DNA of 64,000 nucleotides from Thermoproteota archaeon (GCA_026986575.1 JALSOH010000004.1:288001-352000); one strand, 5' to 3'. Shown: positions 36,789 to 47,625, counted from the first letter of the stretch. Notes: generated by a model from the letters alone, not told the origin. Program-made: numbers and translations.

Positions 36789-37487
36789 ATGCAGAGAGAT
36801 ACTGTCTACGAACTGGTGGATGTCCGGAAGAGATATGGAACTAGGAGGAACTACGTGGAGGCACTTAGGGGGATCTCCTTAGTGGTTAGGAAGGGGGAAT
36901 TCATAGCTGTGATGGGCCCGTCAGGTAGTGGTAAGACGACCCTACTTAGCATACTTGGCCTGCTCACAAAACCCACCTCAGGAACCGTGAAAATATTCGG
37001 AAAAGATGTAATGAGGCTCACGGATAAGCAGGCTACCCTCTTGAGGAGGAAGACGATAGGCTTCATATTCCAGACATTCAATCTGGTTCCATGGCTCACT
37101 GCCTATGAGAACGTTGAGCTGGCCTTGGCCATAGGGGAGTACAACGGTAACCGCCGGAGGAAGATAATGGAACTCCTCTCTGCTGTAGGTCTGGAGCACA
37201 GGGCCAATCACAGGCCGACTGAGCTTTCTGGTGGGGAACAACAGAGGGTGGCTATAGCAAGGGCGTTGGCGAACGACCCGATAGTCATACTCGCTGATGA
37301 ACCCACCGGTAACTTGGATACGGCCTCCGGATTGCAGGTGATGAGCATACTAAGGTCCTTAGTTGAGGAGGGCCGGACGGTCGTTATGGTCACTCATGAC
37401 CAAAAGATGGCCGAAATGGCCGATCGTATCGTGAAAATAAGGGATGGTAAAATATTAGGAGAGGTGATACCCGATGTCAAGGCATAA
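36789..37487 (+). CDS. LolD/MacB-type ABC ATPase
   Basis: GPSGSGKT, FQTFNL, LSGGEQQRVAIARA, DEPTGNLD. Confidence 0.93.
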   Translation: MQRDTVYELVDVRKRYGTRRNYVEALRGISLVVRKGEFIAVMGPSGSGKTTLLSILGLLTKPTSGTVKIFGKDVMRLTDKQATLLRRKTIGFIFQTFNLVPWLTAYENVELALAIGEYNGNRRRKIMELLSAVGLEHRANHRPTELSGGEQQRVAIARALANDPIVILADEPTGNLDTASGLQVMSILRSLVEEGRTVVMVTHDQKMAEMADRIVKIRDGKILGEVIPDVKA

Positions 37488-39072
37488 TATAGGAGGTGCC
37501 ATTCTTATCCTCTTTTTGATTCCCTTGCTGCCCCTCTCAGCCATCAAGGGCCATGTGACCTTGGTGGATTACGGATGGGGAACCCAGCAGGAGGCACTGA
37601 TAGTCCACTCGGGAGACGGAGTGGTTCCTCTGACCGCAATATTCCAAGTCTCCGTAGAGGAAAACCACACTCTGAGGCCCTTGGAGGCTGTGCTGAAGAT
37701 ACCCTCGCCACTCAGGAATCCTAACGGAGGTAGCGTTGAGAAGTTAATACCTGGGATACAGCTGGGCAAGGACAAATTCGAGGACGGGGAAGGATTCGCA
37801 CTCACCTTCAGCGTTGAAATCCCGACGAAGACCCCTCCCGGATGGTACGACTTCGAGGTGAACCTGAGCTATGAAGTACTCGATGAAGACGGGGATGTAG
37901 TGAAAAGAGGAGCCAATAAATTCACCTTCAGCTTGGAAGTGAAGGGAAGGTCCTCAGTCGACTTTACCCTCAGCGGAAAGGTAGTCAAAGGGGAAGCCTC
38001 CACGTTATATCTCATCCTGAGGAATGTCGGGAAGGAAGACGCTCACATAACCTCAATACAGATCAGCGCCTCCCTGATCAGGATACTGAACCCCTCCATA
38101 AGCGGGGGTGCCCTGCTGACTCCTGGGGCCTCAGTCAGGTATGACATAGGGGCATACGCAGATGAGAACTTGGATCAGGATACGGACAAGGTAGCAGTCT
38201 TGGTGCACTACACCAGCGGAGGGAAGGACTACAGCGTATCCAAGGTCTTCACCGTTCAACTGGTTGAGAAGAACGAGGAAGAGGAGGAGGTATCCCCCAG
38301 CTTGATCGTGCTCTCCGATAAACACATGCTCTACGCAGGCATACCCAACGGGGTCAACCTGATCGTGAAGAACGTGGGGGATGAGACGGCCAGAAAAGTG
38401 AAGCTCCAGCTCTCATCCCAGACGATAACGGTACTGGGTCCCACACTCTTCGATTTAGGAGACATAATCCCTGGCGACTCTAGGAGTATAAAGCTGAGTC
38501 TACTGCCATCGGAGGACAGTAAATCCTACAGGCTGAGCCTCTCGTTCACCTACATGGAGGAGGACAATGAGGATGTGACCAAGCAGCTCAACACCGAGGT
38601 CGGGTTTGGGAGGATAGAGGAAGCTAGGGTAGTCATCTCCTCACTGGAGGCCAGCTACAGTAAGGGCAAGCTGAGGATCAGAGGTAATTTAGCGAATGTC
38701 GGTAACAGACAGGCCGATAACATCAATGTGACCATAGAATCAGGGGTCTGCATGGGCACGTCCACCTACTTGGGGGAGTTGGATGAGGGAGAGAGCACGG
38801 GCTTCGCCTTATCCTGTCAGGTCTCTGAAGATAAGCTTCCACCCAAGATAGGCGTAGTTGTAAAGTACATGGCTTCTCCAGAGAATTGGAAAGAGGCTAG
38901 GAGGGAGGTCTCGGTTGAGGGACCCCAAGTAACCGAGCAACCATCTAAGACAACGGTCACCATGACGGATCCCCGCTACGCGGTGGTCTGGGCCGTAGCT
39001 GGCTTGGTGATAGGGCTGATAGTGGGGAAAGTAGCATTCGGTAGGAGGTCCGAGGAGGTTGAAGTCCCGTGA
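37474..39072 (+). CDS. COG1361-type S-layer/Ig-like domain protein
   Basis: Signal peptide, repeated NVG..A beta-sandwich units, C-terminal TM; typical partner of this ABC type. Confidence 0.75.
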   Translation: MSRHNIGGAILILFLIPLLPLSAIKGHVTLVDYGWGTQQEALIVHSGDGVVPLTAIFQVSVEENHTLRPLEAVLKIPSPLRNPNGGSVEKLIPGIQLGKDKFEDGEGFALTFSVEIPTKTPPGWYDFEVNLSYEVLDEDGDVVKRGANKFTFSLEVKGRSSVDFTLSGKVVKGEASTLYLILRNVGKEDAHITSIQISASLIRILNPSISGGALLTPGASVRYDIGAYADENLDQDTDKVAVLVHYTSGGKDYSVSKVFTVQLVEKNEEEEEVSPSLIVLSDKHMLYAGIPNGVNLIVKNVGDETARKVKLQLSSQTITVLGPTLFDLGDIIPGDSRSIKLSLLPSEDSKSYRLSLSFTYMEEDNEDVTKQLNTEVGFGRIEEARVVISSLEASYSKGKLRIRGNLANVGNRQADNINVTIESGVCMGTSTYLGELDEGESTGFALSCQVSEDKLPPKIGVVVKYMASPENWKEARREVSVEGPQVTEQPSKTTVTMTDPRYAVVWAVAGLVIGLIVGKVAFGRRSEEVEVP

Positions 39073-40264
39073 CATTGTGAAGTTCTCCTACAAGGCTATG
39101 ATGAGCAGGAGAAAGAGGGCAGCGCTCACCCTGCTAGGGATATTCTTAGGAGTCCTGACCCTGACGGCGGTGATATCGTTCGCCACAGGTTACGGCTTGG
39201 CCCTCAAGGACATATTCAAGGGCAGCAGTATGAGATTGATATACCTCTCAGCTCGGGAAAAGATGTTCGACGACTTGGATGTCAGCAAGATAGAGGGAAT
39301 GGAGGGGGTGGAGGCCGTGATGCCCCTGATAAGGATCCCAATGAACCTCACCATCTTCGGGAAGAGCAAGACCTACGTGGTCATGGGAGTTGATATGAAC
39401 TACGTCGAGGATGTATTCCCCGACATAGAACTCCTGTATGGGGATTGGCCCCCCAACCCAAAGGAGGAGGCAGTGGTGCTGGGATATAAGCTGGTAAACG
39501 AACTACCTCCAGAAGAGATTGAGGGCTTAATAGGGCTTAATGTGAAGGTATCCTACGACGACGTACTTACGACTAGGCCAAGGATCTATGGGATCGCCGC
39601 GCCTTACGGAACATCCATAATAGCGGATGTTGACAGGTCCATACTGGCACCCATAGACTATGCCATGAAGCTTTACGTGAAGCTGATGGGGCAGAGGAGC
39701 TACACGATACTGGCAATAATAGCTGAAGATGTGGATAGCGTGGACAAGGTGGTAGACCAGCTCAGCGAGGAATATGGGGACACGGCCTTCCCCATAGCCA
39801 TGAAGGACATTCAGAAGCAGCTTGACACTGTGGTCAACATGTCACTACTGGTCCTAGGGGCGATAGCTGCCATGACCATAGTGGTCGCATCGATAGGAAT
39901 AATGAACGCGATGTACACTGCGGTTACCGAGCGTACTAGGATAATAGGGGTGATGAGGGCAATGGGCGCCTCTCAGAGGGACATAGCCATATCCTTCCTA
40001 TTCGAAGGAATTTTGATGAGTAGCATAGCCATAATATCCGGTATGCTGCTCGGATATGGGGCCTCCCTGCTCTTGGCGACCATAATGGGTCCAGGGGAGA
40101 TGGGCGGGCCACATGCCACCTCTTTCGTGATAACACCCACCCTGCTACCCGAGCACGCTATGGCAATAGCTGGCGTAACCCTCTTCATCACGATATTAGG
40201 CGCCCTTCCACCCGCCTTGCAGGCGGCGAGGCTGGAACCAGCTAAGGCTCTCAGGTTCGAGTGA
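39059..40264 (+). CDS. MacB/FtsX-family ABC permease
   Basis: GIMNAM..VTERTRIIGVMRAMGA, PALQAARLEPAKALRFE. Confidence 0.92.
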   Translation: MKSRDIVKFSYKAMMSRRKRAALTLLGIFLGVLTLTAVISFATGYGLALKDIFKGSSMRLIYLSAREKMFDDLDVSKIEGMEGVEAVMPLIRIPMNLTIFGKSKTYVVMGVDMNYVEDVFPDIELLYGDWPPNPKEEAVVLGYKLVNELPPEEIEGLIGLNVKVSYDDVLTTRPRIYGIAAPYGTSIIADVDRSILAPIDYAMKLYVKLMGQRSYTILAIIAEDVDSVDKVVDQLSEEYGDTAFPIAMKDIQKQLDTVVNMSLLVLGAIAAMTIVVASIGIMNAMYTAVTERTRIIGVMRAMGASQRDIAISFLFEGILMSSIAIISGMLLGYGASLLLATIMGPGEMGGPHATSFVITPTLLPEHAMAIAGVTLFITILGALPPALQAARLEPAKALRFE

Positions 40265-40280
40265 TCACTCCGATCCTAAC

Positions 40281-40637
40281 TCACCATTTCTTGTTTATGG
40301 ATTCGGCCCAGAAGTATATCCTCTCGGCCAGATCCAAGATCGCATCTAAGAATCTGTCGTCCACCCTCATTGCACCGAGTTTATCTGATGTGATGAGGCC
40401 ATACCTGAACTCGAACTCCTCTAATTCCGGCTCCCCCACCGAAGGTCTATAAGCATGCGGAGTCGTGAGATAGAGCCTCAGGACATTCTCATGGTCAGCT
40501 TCTATCCCTAACCTACTGAGCCCTGCCCTGAACGAGTGTATCATCGATTCCTTGATGAGTGTGAGGTATCTCTTCACCTCGGAGCGCTCCCTTCTAGCCT
40601 CCTCCAACAGCTCCTTTGCCCTGTCGAGGTCGCTCAA
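40281..40637 (-). CDS. HEPN-like protein
   Basis: LDRAKELLEEA...SMIHSFRAGL..LG...H helical pattern; no clear RxxxxH. Confidence 0.55.
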   Translation of the reverse strand: MSDLDRAKELLEEARRERSEVKRYLTLIKESMIHSFRAGLSRLGIEADHENVLRLYLTTPHAYRPSVGEPELEEFEFRYGLITSDKLGAMRVDDRFLDAILDLAERIYFWAESINKKW

Positions 40638-40652
40638 TCGGATCACCTCAGA

Positions 40653-40729
<77 letters not shown>

Positions 40730-40784
40730 AGATGGATTGTAATGCCCCCCTAGATAAATCTTATCCCCTCAATCCGGTTAACAC

Positions 40785-42443
40785 CTACATGAGAAGGGCC
40801 ACAATTTGAGGAAGCATTGCCAATGCCAGCAGGGGTTTGGCCAACCTGCTTGATCCCATCAGGGACGAGAGCATCGCCATGAGTTCGCTTCCCATAAACA
40901 CAGTCTCCACCTTCCCCCTGTAGCACTCGACCTTTACCTCCACCATAGATCCGATCGACTCCTTAACCAAGTCAATGAGGTAGGATGCCCTCTTCCTCAG
41001 GCACTCTTCGGTACGGCACTCGTTGCCGACCGGATTATATCTGTGCTTGGTGGAGATCGTCTCATGAGTATCGGTAGTGGACACTATCACCCTAACTCCT
41101 CGGGGGGCGAACTCATCTATCAAATCCCTGAGCTCGGGGACCATGTTGTTACCGTCTATCATCACATAGGAGGTGGTAATATCGCCCACCCTCAAGCTGA
41201 GCACCCCAACCCCCCCACGCCCCACGGAAGGCCAGCCAGGGTCATCCCATTGGTATCCCACTAGCGCGCTCTCCAGGCATTCCTTTTGAATAGCGGATCT
41301 CCCCAGCTCTAAAAGGATCTTGGCCAATTTCCGACCCAGTTCCGAGTCAATGAAGGCCATTTCGTACCAATCACTCCTGAGTGAATCGTGTCTATCCACA
41401 ACCGACACATTAACTCTCAACTCCCTAGCCAAGACTTCCTCGATCTCATGGGGGATATCTTCGAAACTCTCTAGAGGTCTGCCTGAAACGGTGAAGAGCA
41501 AGGTATCACCGAATCTTTGGGCACTGACCTCGAACCCATCATTCGATGTGAACACCGGTTCACCGACGCAGCAGGGCGTCACCTTACCTAAGCACCTCAC
41601 GATCTCCTCCAGTATCTCATCCGCTAATTTCGATGAAGCTAGATTCCTCTCGTGAGAACATGCTCTCCTCAGAAAAATAGGATTCAACCCCCTATCCCTG
41701 AGACGAGCCATGACTCTCCTCGGGAAATCGTGGCTTCCCATCCTGAACGGGCCTGGATGCACATCGACAGCTGTTATCACCGATTCACCTAGTTTTATGA
41801 CATCAAAACTAGCGATGCCCTTCACACCCCTCTCCACCAACCTCTCCTCTAGAGAGGCCCCAGAACCTCCCAGCACGATATCTGCTAGGGCCCTGACGCC
41901 ATCGAATCCACTGAGCCCTATAACTGGCTCAGTTACCGAGCCCACCACTGCCCCCACGAGGCGAGCTGAGATCATCGATACGATGAGGACCAAGAGGAGC
42001 CTGAGCGACAGTCCATTAACAACGATCGCCTCCCCAGCTAGGATGAATGGCAGCACCTTAGATTTAGTAGATTTTCCCATAGACCAAGATATGAGAGATG
42101 CGAGGAGTAGGGATGTGTAGCAAAGCGAATAAAAGGGAATACCCAATCCCTCGAGAAGAACCCCAAAAGCGAGTGGTGCCGTTACGAAAAAGGAGGCCCA
42201 CAAGGACCTCCTCAGGTCGAAGTACTCGGCGCTCCTCAAGACTGAGAACAAGGATGTTGCTGAGAAGAGAGCGGATGTGAACAGATATCTCAAGGAGGAT
42301 GAATATGCTCCCACTACACGAAGTCCACCCCACGGGAGTGTAATGGCAATAATGTTGAGCAATAATGCCGAGTGTATTCCCGGGAGGGTGAAAAGATCCT
42401 TACTCCTCTCAGTGGCAACATCCAGTGCCACATTATACCGCAC
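40785..42443 (-). CDS. DUF2070-family membrane protein
   Basis: N-terminal TMs, HPGPF, HERN, DGNNM, TTDTH. Confidence 0.8.
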   Translation of the reverse strand: MRYNVALDVATERSKDLFTLPGIHSALLLNIIAITLPWGGLRVVGAYSSSLRYLFTSALFSATSLFSVLRSAEYFDLRRSLWASFFVTAPLAFGVLLEGLGIPFYSLCYTSLLLASLISWSMGKSTKSKVLPFILAGEAIVVNGLSLRLLLVLIVSMISARLVGAVVGSVTEPVIGLSGFDGVRALADIVLGGSGASLEERLVERGVKGIASFDVIKLGESVITAVDVHPGPFRMGSHDFPRRVMARLRDRGLNPIFLRRACSHERNLASSKLADEILEEIVRCLGKVTPCCVGEPVFTSNDGFEVSAQRFGDTLLFTVSGRPLESFEDIPHEIEEVLARELRVNVSVVDRHDSLRSDWYEMAFIDSELGRKLAKILLELGRSAIQKECLESALVGYQWDDPGWPSVGRGGVGVLSLRVGDITTSYVMIDGNNMVPELRDLIDEFAPRGVRVIVSTTDTHETISTKHRYNPVGNECRTEECLRKRASYLIDLVKESIGSMVEVKVECYRGKVETVFMGSELMAMLSSLMGSSRLAKPLLALAMLPQIVALLM

Positions 42444-42563
42444 TTCTATAACACCATCCCCTCATATTGCAAAAATCTTTTTATTTACGTGGGTGTAGAT
42501 GTTAGCAAGGAGTCGAGAACCGACTCCCCATCCCCTCGGACGGCGCTGTGGGGGTGTTATCTC

Positions 42564-43061
42564 ATGCCTAGAGTAAAGGGAATAACCGCGAAGGAGATAG
42601 AGATACTGAGGAAGCTGGTGGAGAATGGGAGGATAACCTACACCCAGATAGCTAGAGAGCTCGGAATGAGCCCTGCTGGCGTCATGAAGAAGGTCAGGAA
42701 GCTTGAGGAACTTGGTATAATAAAGGGATACACCGCTCTCGTTGACCACGCTAAACTCGGTAAGGGGAACAAGTATATAATCCTGTTAGAGACGGAACCG
42801 GGCAAGCACACAGATGTGGCTAAGAAGGTGGTGGAACTCTTAGGGAACTCGGTACTTGAGGTACACGAGATAACCGGTCAGTACGATGTGGTGCTCAAGG
42901 TCATAGCTGGCAGCCAGTCCGAGTTGAACGATATACTCCGGAAAATCCAGAGCATACCCGGTCTCAGGGACACGAACACATCCCTCGTCCTCGACACCGT
43001 CAAGGAGAGGCCCTCCGTGGTTCCCGATGAGATACCCGGAATCACCACGAAGAAGAAGTGA
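42564..43061 (+). CDS. Lrp/AsnC transcriptional regulator
   Basis: NGRITYTQIARELG...LEELGIIKGY, ITGQYD; start ATG 42564 behind GGGGGTG. Confidence 0.93.
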   Translation: MPRVKGITAKEIEILRKLVENGRITYTQIARELGMSPAGVMKKVRKLEELGIIKGYTALVDHAKLGKGNKYIILLETEPGKHTDVAKKVVELLGNSVLEVHEITGQYDVVLKVIAGSQSELNDILRKIQSIPGLRDTNTSLVLDTVKERPSVVPDEIPGITTKKK

Positions 43062-43988
43062 TCAGAGCTCCAACCATTCTCCTCCAAGCGGTTGAGCATC
43101 AATCCCCCATTTTTTCAACCATTTAGCGAATTCCTCGCTGAATCCATAGACGGTCAGCACCTTCTCTGGATTGGTGCTCATCACTATACTCAAGAGCCCA
43201 TCGAAATCGGCATGAGCACTCAGCGGGAAATCCTGTCTCCTCTTAGAGAAGAGGGCCCAGCCAGTCACCCTAGCCTTCCCGTTGGTCCTAGCCCTGTGGG
43301 TGACTAGGGCATGGGGTCCGTCAGGTGAAGTCGTATATTTGAGCCCGAACCTCTCTTTGAGAGGTTCACTTACTTGGGCGACCCTTTTAGAGACCACGAC
43401 CTCTACATTCGTGTACTTGTTTAGGAGCGCTATAACTTCCTGCGACTTTCCCACTAGGTATGCCTCTATGACGGGGGATCTACCGGAGGACACCTCCTCC
43501 GCGACCCACCTAGCTATATCCGTCCTTACTTTATGGGGATCGGGGAACCTGTATCTGGGGTGCCCGTAGGTAGACTCGACTATCAGTACGTCCGAACTCG
43601 GGATCCTAGCGGGACTCTCCACCGTAAGCCCACCGAGAGGATTCATATCCCCAGTATAGAAGACTGTTTTCCTTCTACAATTTATCAAGAACCCTGCGGA
43701 TCCGTATATGTGCCCAGCTGGGAAGGCGTACACCTCGAAGGATCCCAGTTCCACGCTCTCGTTGAAATGGATGATGTCTAGGGTCCCGTTCCCATACCTC
43801 CTCTGGATTAGAGCCGCGGTCCCCTCGGTGGCTATGATCCGCCCCGAGGGATTCCTCACATCCTTGGGTACATGATCAGAATGAGCGTGGGATATGAGAG
43901 AAGGTATGTCTCTCACCGTCCTCACTGGATCTAGGAGCAGCTTTTCCCCACAGTCGAGTTCTATGCCGTTTCTGAACCTTATTCTCAT
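43062..43988 (-). CDS. MBL-fold beta-CASP nuclease
   Basis: SHAHSDH, AGHIYGS, YTGD, ESTYG, LSAHAD. Confidence 0.88.
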   Translation of the reverse strand: MRIRFRNGIELDCGEKLLLDPVRTVRDIPSLISHAHSDHVPKDVRNPSGRIIATEGTAALIQRRYGNGTLDIIHFNESVELGSFEVYAFPAGHIYGSAGFLINCRRKTVFYTGDMNPLGGLTVESPARIPSSDVLIVESTYGHPRYRFPDPHKVRTDIARWVAEEVSSGRSPVIEAYLVGKSQEVIALLNKYTNVEVVVSKRVAQVSEPLKERFGLKYTTSPDGPHALVTHRARTNGKARVTGWALFSKRRQDFPLSAHADFDGLLSIVMSTNPEKVLTVYGFSEEFAKWLKKWGIDAQPLGGEWLEL

Positions 43989-44049
43989 CTCCCGAAACCA
44001 CCATCACAAATTTATTAGTGTGGTCCAGCTCCCCGAGCGCGGGGGTAGC

Positions 44050-44211
44050 ATGCCCAAGGGTAAGAAGGATAAGAGCTTCATGCCAATGTCCGTCGCTGGT
44101 ATCCTGACCTTCAGCACAGACGAGGCAGGCGGCTTCAAGGTCCCCAAGTGGTTCCCCGTCCTGCTATCGGTCGTGACAGGCGTCGTCATAATAGCTCTCC
44201 AGCTCATGTGA
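44050..44211 (+). CDS. secG: Preprotein translocase Sec61-beta
   Basis: MSVAGILTF...KVP plus C-terminal TM helix. Confidence 0.8.
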   Translation: MPKGKKDKSFMPMSVAGILTFSTDEAGGFKVPKWFPVLLSVVTGVVIIALQLM

Positions 44212-44218
44212 GCAGGTA

Positions 44219-44515
44219 ATGCCGATGAGAATATCCGAGGCCCAAGAGCTGATAAGAAAGATTTACGGCGAAAGAGACCGTAAAAGAGGTGTTAAGGGAA
44301 CCGCTCTCCACCTAGGGGAGGAGCTAGGGGAACTCTTCAGGTCTCTAAGAACCTTGGATGACGGCAACCTCAAGGAAGAGTTCGCCGATGTTCTCGCATG
44401 GCTGCTAAGCCTAGCTGATCTCCTCTCCATAGATTTGGAATCTGCTTTTGTTGAAAGATATGGAAAGGGATGTCCCAAATGCGGATCAATCCCCTGCAGG
44501 TGCCCGGAGGTGTGA
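44219..44515 (+). CDS. MazG-like nucleotide pyrophosphohydrolase
   Basis: EELGEL, EEFADV, CPKC..PC.C. Confidence 0.88.
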   Translation: MPMRISEAQELIRKIYGERDRKRGVKGTALHLGEELGELFRSLRTLDDGNLKEEFADVLAWLLSLADLLSIDLESAFVERYGKGCPKCGSIPCRCPEV

Positions 44516-44518
44516 CAC

Positions 44519-45100
44519 ATGTCCATGAAGTTCCTGCATATCAGCCCCGATGACGCACTGGTCTACGCCAGGAGGCTGGCGGATTCCATAATAAATTCGG
44601 GTTTCAAGCCCGACACGATCGTGGCGATACTCAGGGGCGGAGTGGTGATAGCTAGGCTCCTGAGCGATTTCTTGGATGTGAGGGATATAAGGAGCATAAG
44701 GGTGGTTCATTACGAAGCCCTCGACATCAGGGAAGGAGCTGAGGTCGTGGAACCCCTTCCCACGAGACTAGATGGTAAGAAGGTTCTACTGGTGGACGAT
44801 GTGGCTGATACAGGAGACAGCCTCATCGTGGCCAAGGAACACTTGGAAGAGAGGGGAGCTGCTGAAGTTAGAGTAGCTACCATGCACTACAAGCCTTGGA
44901 GCAAGATCAAGCCAGACTATTACTCAGAGGAAACGGATGCTTGGGTCATATACTTCTGGGAATATGCCGAGACCGTCAGGTACTTCTTTATGAAGTACGG
45001 CGATAAGGGTCAGGATTACATATACGAGATACTGAAGCAAGCGGGAGTGCCTGATGATATCGTGAGGTGGGTAGTGGAAAATGAAGGGTACCTACGATAA
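44519..45100 (+). CDS. Purine phosphoribosyltransferase
   Basis: ILRGG, LLVDDVADTGDSL. Confidence 0.9.
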   Translation: MSMKFLHISPDDALVYARRLADSIINSGFKPDTIVAILRGGVVIARLLSDFLDVRDIRSIRVVHYEALDIREGAEVVEPLPTRLDGKKVLLVDDVADTGDSLIVAKEHLEERGAAEVRVATMHYKPWSKIKPDYYSEETDAWVIYFWEYAETVRYFFMKYGDKGQDYIYEILKQAGVPDDIVRWVVENEGYLR

Positions 45101-46610
45101 GATCGTGGAGCTGGCCACGAGGAGGGGTTTCTTCTGGCCATCCTCTAGAGACGTATATGCTGGGGCCCCCGCGGGCTTCTATGTCTACGGGCCTCTAGGC
45201 CTCAGGATGAAAGAAAAGATAGTCTCCCTCTGGAGGAGGGAGATAGTGTTTCCCGAGGGAGTACATGAGATAGAGACCCCCAACATACTTCCTCTCAAGG
45301 TATTCGAGGCTTCGGGCCACTTGGAGCACTTCTTTGACAAGCTGATAGAGTGCAAGAGATGCCACTCGAGGTTCAGGGTCGATAAACTGATAGAGGAAAC
45401 CTTAGGCATAGAAGAGAACTTGGAAGGACTTTCAGACGAAGAGCTGATGAAGATCATAGTGGATAACGGGATAAAATGTCCCAAGTGTGGTTCCAAGGAG
45501 TGGACTGGAATAAAGAAATTCAACTTGATGTTCACCCTCGCGGTGGGTGCTGAGGCAGAGGAGCCCAACGCTGCGCTAAGGCCGGAGACAACTCAGGGGA
45601 GCGTGGTGGAGTTCAGGAAGTCATACATGACCATGAGGGGGAAGTTACCCTTCATCCTTGGACAGGTTGGGAGGGTTTTTAGGAACGAAATCTCCCCTAG
45701 AAGAGCCTTGATAAGGATGAGAGAGTTCCAGCAGCTGGAGATTCACGTGTTCTTCGATCCGGATAATCCCGACGAGATGTACCGCGAGAAGCTCGAACCC
45801 TACATGGACTACAAGATAAGGTTCCTCAGGAGGGAAGACAGGGAGACGGGGAGAATAGTGGAGATGACCGCCAGAGAAGGTCTCGAGACGGGCTACACTA
45901 TAAACCACTTAATAACCTACTGGCTGGTCCTCTACCAGAAGTTCTTCAACGAGGTGCTGGGCTTTCCGCTGGAGAGGCTTCGATACAGAGAACTCATAGA
46001 GGGTGAGAAGGCCCACTATGCTCTAGCTCACTGGGATCTGGAGGTCTATACCGAGGACTTGGGTTGGGTCGAGCTGGTTAACAACGCCTACCGCACGGAC
46101 TACGATCTATCCGGTCACATGAAGGTCTCAGGAAACGATCTCAGGGTCACCAGCCCGGACGGTAAGAGGAAGTTCCTGCCGCACCTCTACGAGCCATCCA
46201 TAGGCTTGGATAGGGTGCTGTTCCATGAGCTGATGCTCGCCTACAGGGAGAACGAGGAGAGGGTATGGCTGCAGCTTCCGAGATACCTTGCGCCCATTGA
46301 GGTAGCGGTCTTCCCGCTAATGAAGAAGGACGGAATGCCCGAGAAAGCCAAGGAGATTTACAGGATGTTAATATCGGAGGGCTTTGTGGCCTTCTATGAC
46401 GAATCAGGAACTATAGGCAGGAGATACAGGAGGATGGACGAGGTGGGTACCCCAGCCTGCGTTACGGTGGATCACCAGACGATGGAGGATGGGACTGTCA
46501 CCCTCAGGGATAGGGATACGATGGAACAGGTGAGGGTGAGGATCGTGGAGCTACCGGCCAAGTTAAGGAGCTTCATATACGAGGGGAAGGACATTAAGGA
46601 CCTCCTGTGA
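45081..46610 (+). CDS. glyS: Glycyl-tRNA synthetase (alpha2 type)
   Basis: RRGFFW, LRPETTQG, FRNEISPR, AHYA, EPSIG, IGRRYRR.DEVG. Confidence 0.96.
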   Translation: MKGTYDKIVELATRRGFFWPSSRDVYAGAPAGFYVYGPLGLRMKEKIVSLWRREIVFPEGVHEIETPNILPLKVFEASGHLEHFFDKLIECKRCHSRFRVDKLIEETLGIEENLEGLSDEELMKIIVDNGIKCPKCGSKEWTGIKKFNLMFTLAVGAEAEEPNAALRPETTQGSVVEFRKSYMTMRGKLPFILGQVGRVFRNEISPRRALIRMREFQQLEIHVFFDPDNPDEMYREKLEPYMDYKIRFLRREDRETGRIVEMTAREGLETGYTINHLITYWLVLYQKFFNEVLGFPLERLRYRELIEGEKAHYALAHWDLEVYTEDLGWVELVNNAYRTDYDLSGHMKVSGNDLRVTSPDGKRKFLPHLYEPSIGLDRVLFHELMLAYRENEERVWLQLPRYLAPIEVAVFPLMKKDGMPEKAKEIYRMLISEGFVAFYDESGTIGRRYRRMDEVGTPACVTVDHQTMEDGTVTLRDRDTMEQVRVRIVELPAKLRSFIYEGKDIKDLL

Positions 46611-47313
46611 ACAGCCTGCTACAGACCGGGCACTTAGGATCCCTCTCCACTTTTACTTCAGTGTACTCCATCGTCCTGAGATCTCCCATCAGCAACTTAC
46701 CTTTAAGAGAGGGTTCCATGCCAGCTAAGTACTTCACGGCCTCCACGGCCGCTATGGAGGCGACCTGAGCTGGAGTCATCCCCAAGACCGGAACAGAACC
46801 CCTGTCTTGGACGTTCGGAAATATGCACCTCAAGCAGGGGGTTTCCCCAGGCACTATGAACGTTACTGCGAAGTAAAAGCCGGAGATAGCTGAGTAGATA
46901 AAGGGAATCCTGTGAGAAACAGAATATTCATTTATCAAGTATCTAGTGGCGAAGTTATCCGTCGCGTCAAGTATTAGGTCGACCCCCGAGAGCACATCCC
47001 CTATATTTCCCTCGGTGAGGGGTTCGGGGATCCCCTCTACCTCTATCTCCTTGTTTCTCCTCCTGATCTCCCTTTCAGCAACTAGGGCCTTGGGTAAACC
47101 CACGTCATCCTCCCCGTACAGGATCTGCCTGTGAATATTATTCAAACTGACGAGATCACCGTCTATTAGCCTTAGATTAACTCCAGCACCTCCCAAATAT
47201 AGGGCCAAGGGGGAGCCTATCCCTCCCAGCCCCACGATTGCTACGAGCGAATTACCCAGCTTCCTCTGACCATCCTCCCCTATGAGTGGGATCTGCCTAT
47301 CGTAGCGTGGCAT
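46594..47313 (-). CDS. ThiF/MoeB/UbaA E1-like adenylyltransferase
   Basis: RYDRQ, GLGGIG, NIHRQ, DATDN, PCLRC, CPVC. Confidence 0.9.
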   Translation of the reverse strand: MPRYDRQIPLIGEDGQRKLGNSLVAIVGLGGIGSPLALYLGGAGVNLRLIDGDLVSLNNIHRQILYGEDDVGLPKALVAEREIRRRNKEIEVEGIPEPLTEGNIGDVLSGVDLILDATDNFATRYLINEYSVSHRIPFIYSAISGFYFAVTFIVPGETPCLRCIFPNVQDRGSVPVLGMTPAQVASIAAVEAVKYLAGMEPSLKGKLLMGDLRTMEYTEVKVERDPKCPVCSRLFTGGP

Positions 47314-47605
47314 CCATTAACCACCTCTCATATGCCTCCCATACTCTCTCCACGGGGAGGACCACTATCTCGGGGACCTCGTAAGGATGTATCTCAGCCA
47401 AATGCTCTATCAACCTATCTATCAGTTCATCAGCGGTCTTGATAATCAAGAGGAACTCTTGAGCTCTCTCTATCTTCCCTTCCCACCAGTATAAGCTTCT
47501 AACTTGGAAGAAAGAGACGCACGCGGCTAACTTCTCGCTTAACAGGGAGGACGCAAGTTTTTCGGCATCTCCCTCCCGCTCCACAGTAGTTAGGACTATT
47601 TTCAG
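47297..47605 (-). CDS. cutA: Divalent cation tolerance protein (probable CTG start)
   Basis: KLAACV, YWWEG, HPYEVPEI; first strand KIVLTT lies upstream of the track start. Confidence 0.9.
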   Translation of the reverse strand: MKIVLTTVEREGDAEKLASSLLSEKLAACVSFFQVRSLYWWEGKIERAQEFLLIIKTADELIDRLIEHLAEIHPYEVPEIVVLPVERVWEAYERWLMDATLR

Positions 47606-47625
47606 GCGAGATCACCCCCAATCAA

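Noticed and set aside
46594-47313. E1-like enzyme lacks the crossover-loop Cys
   Set aside because: I recall similar Cys-less ThiF/MoeB paralogues in other thermophilic archaea, so probably not novel.
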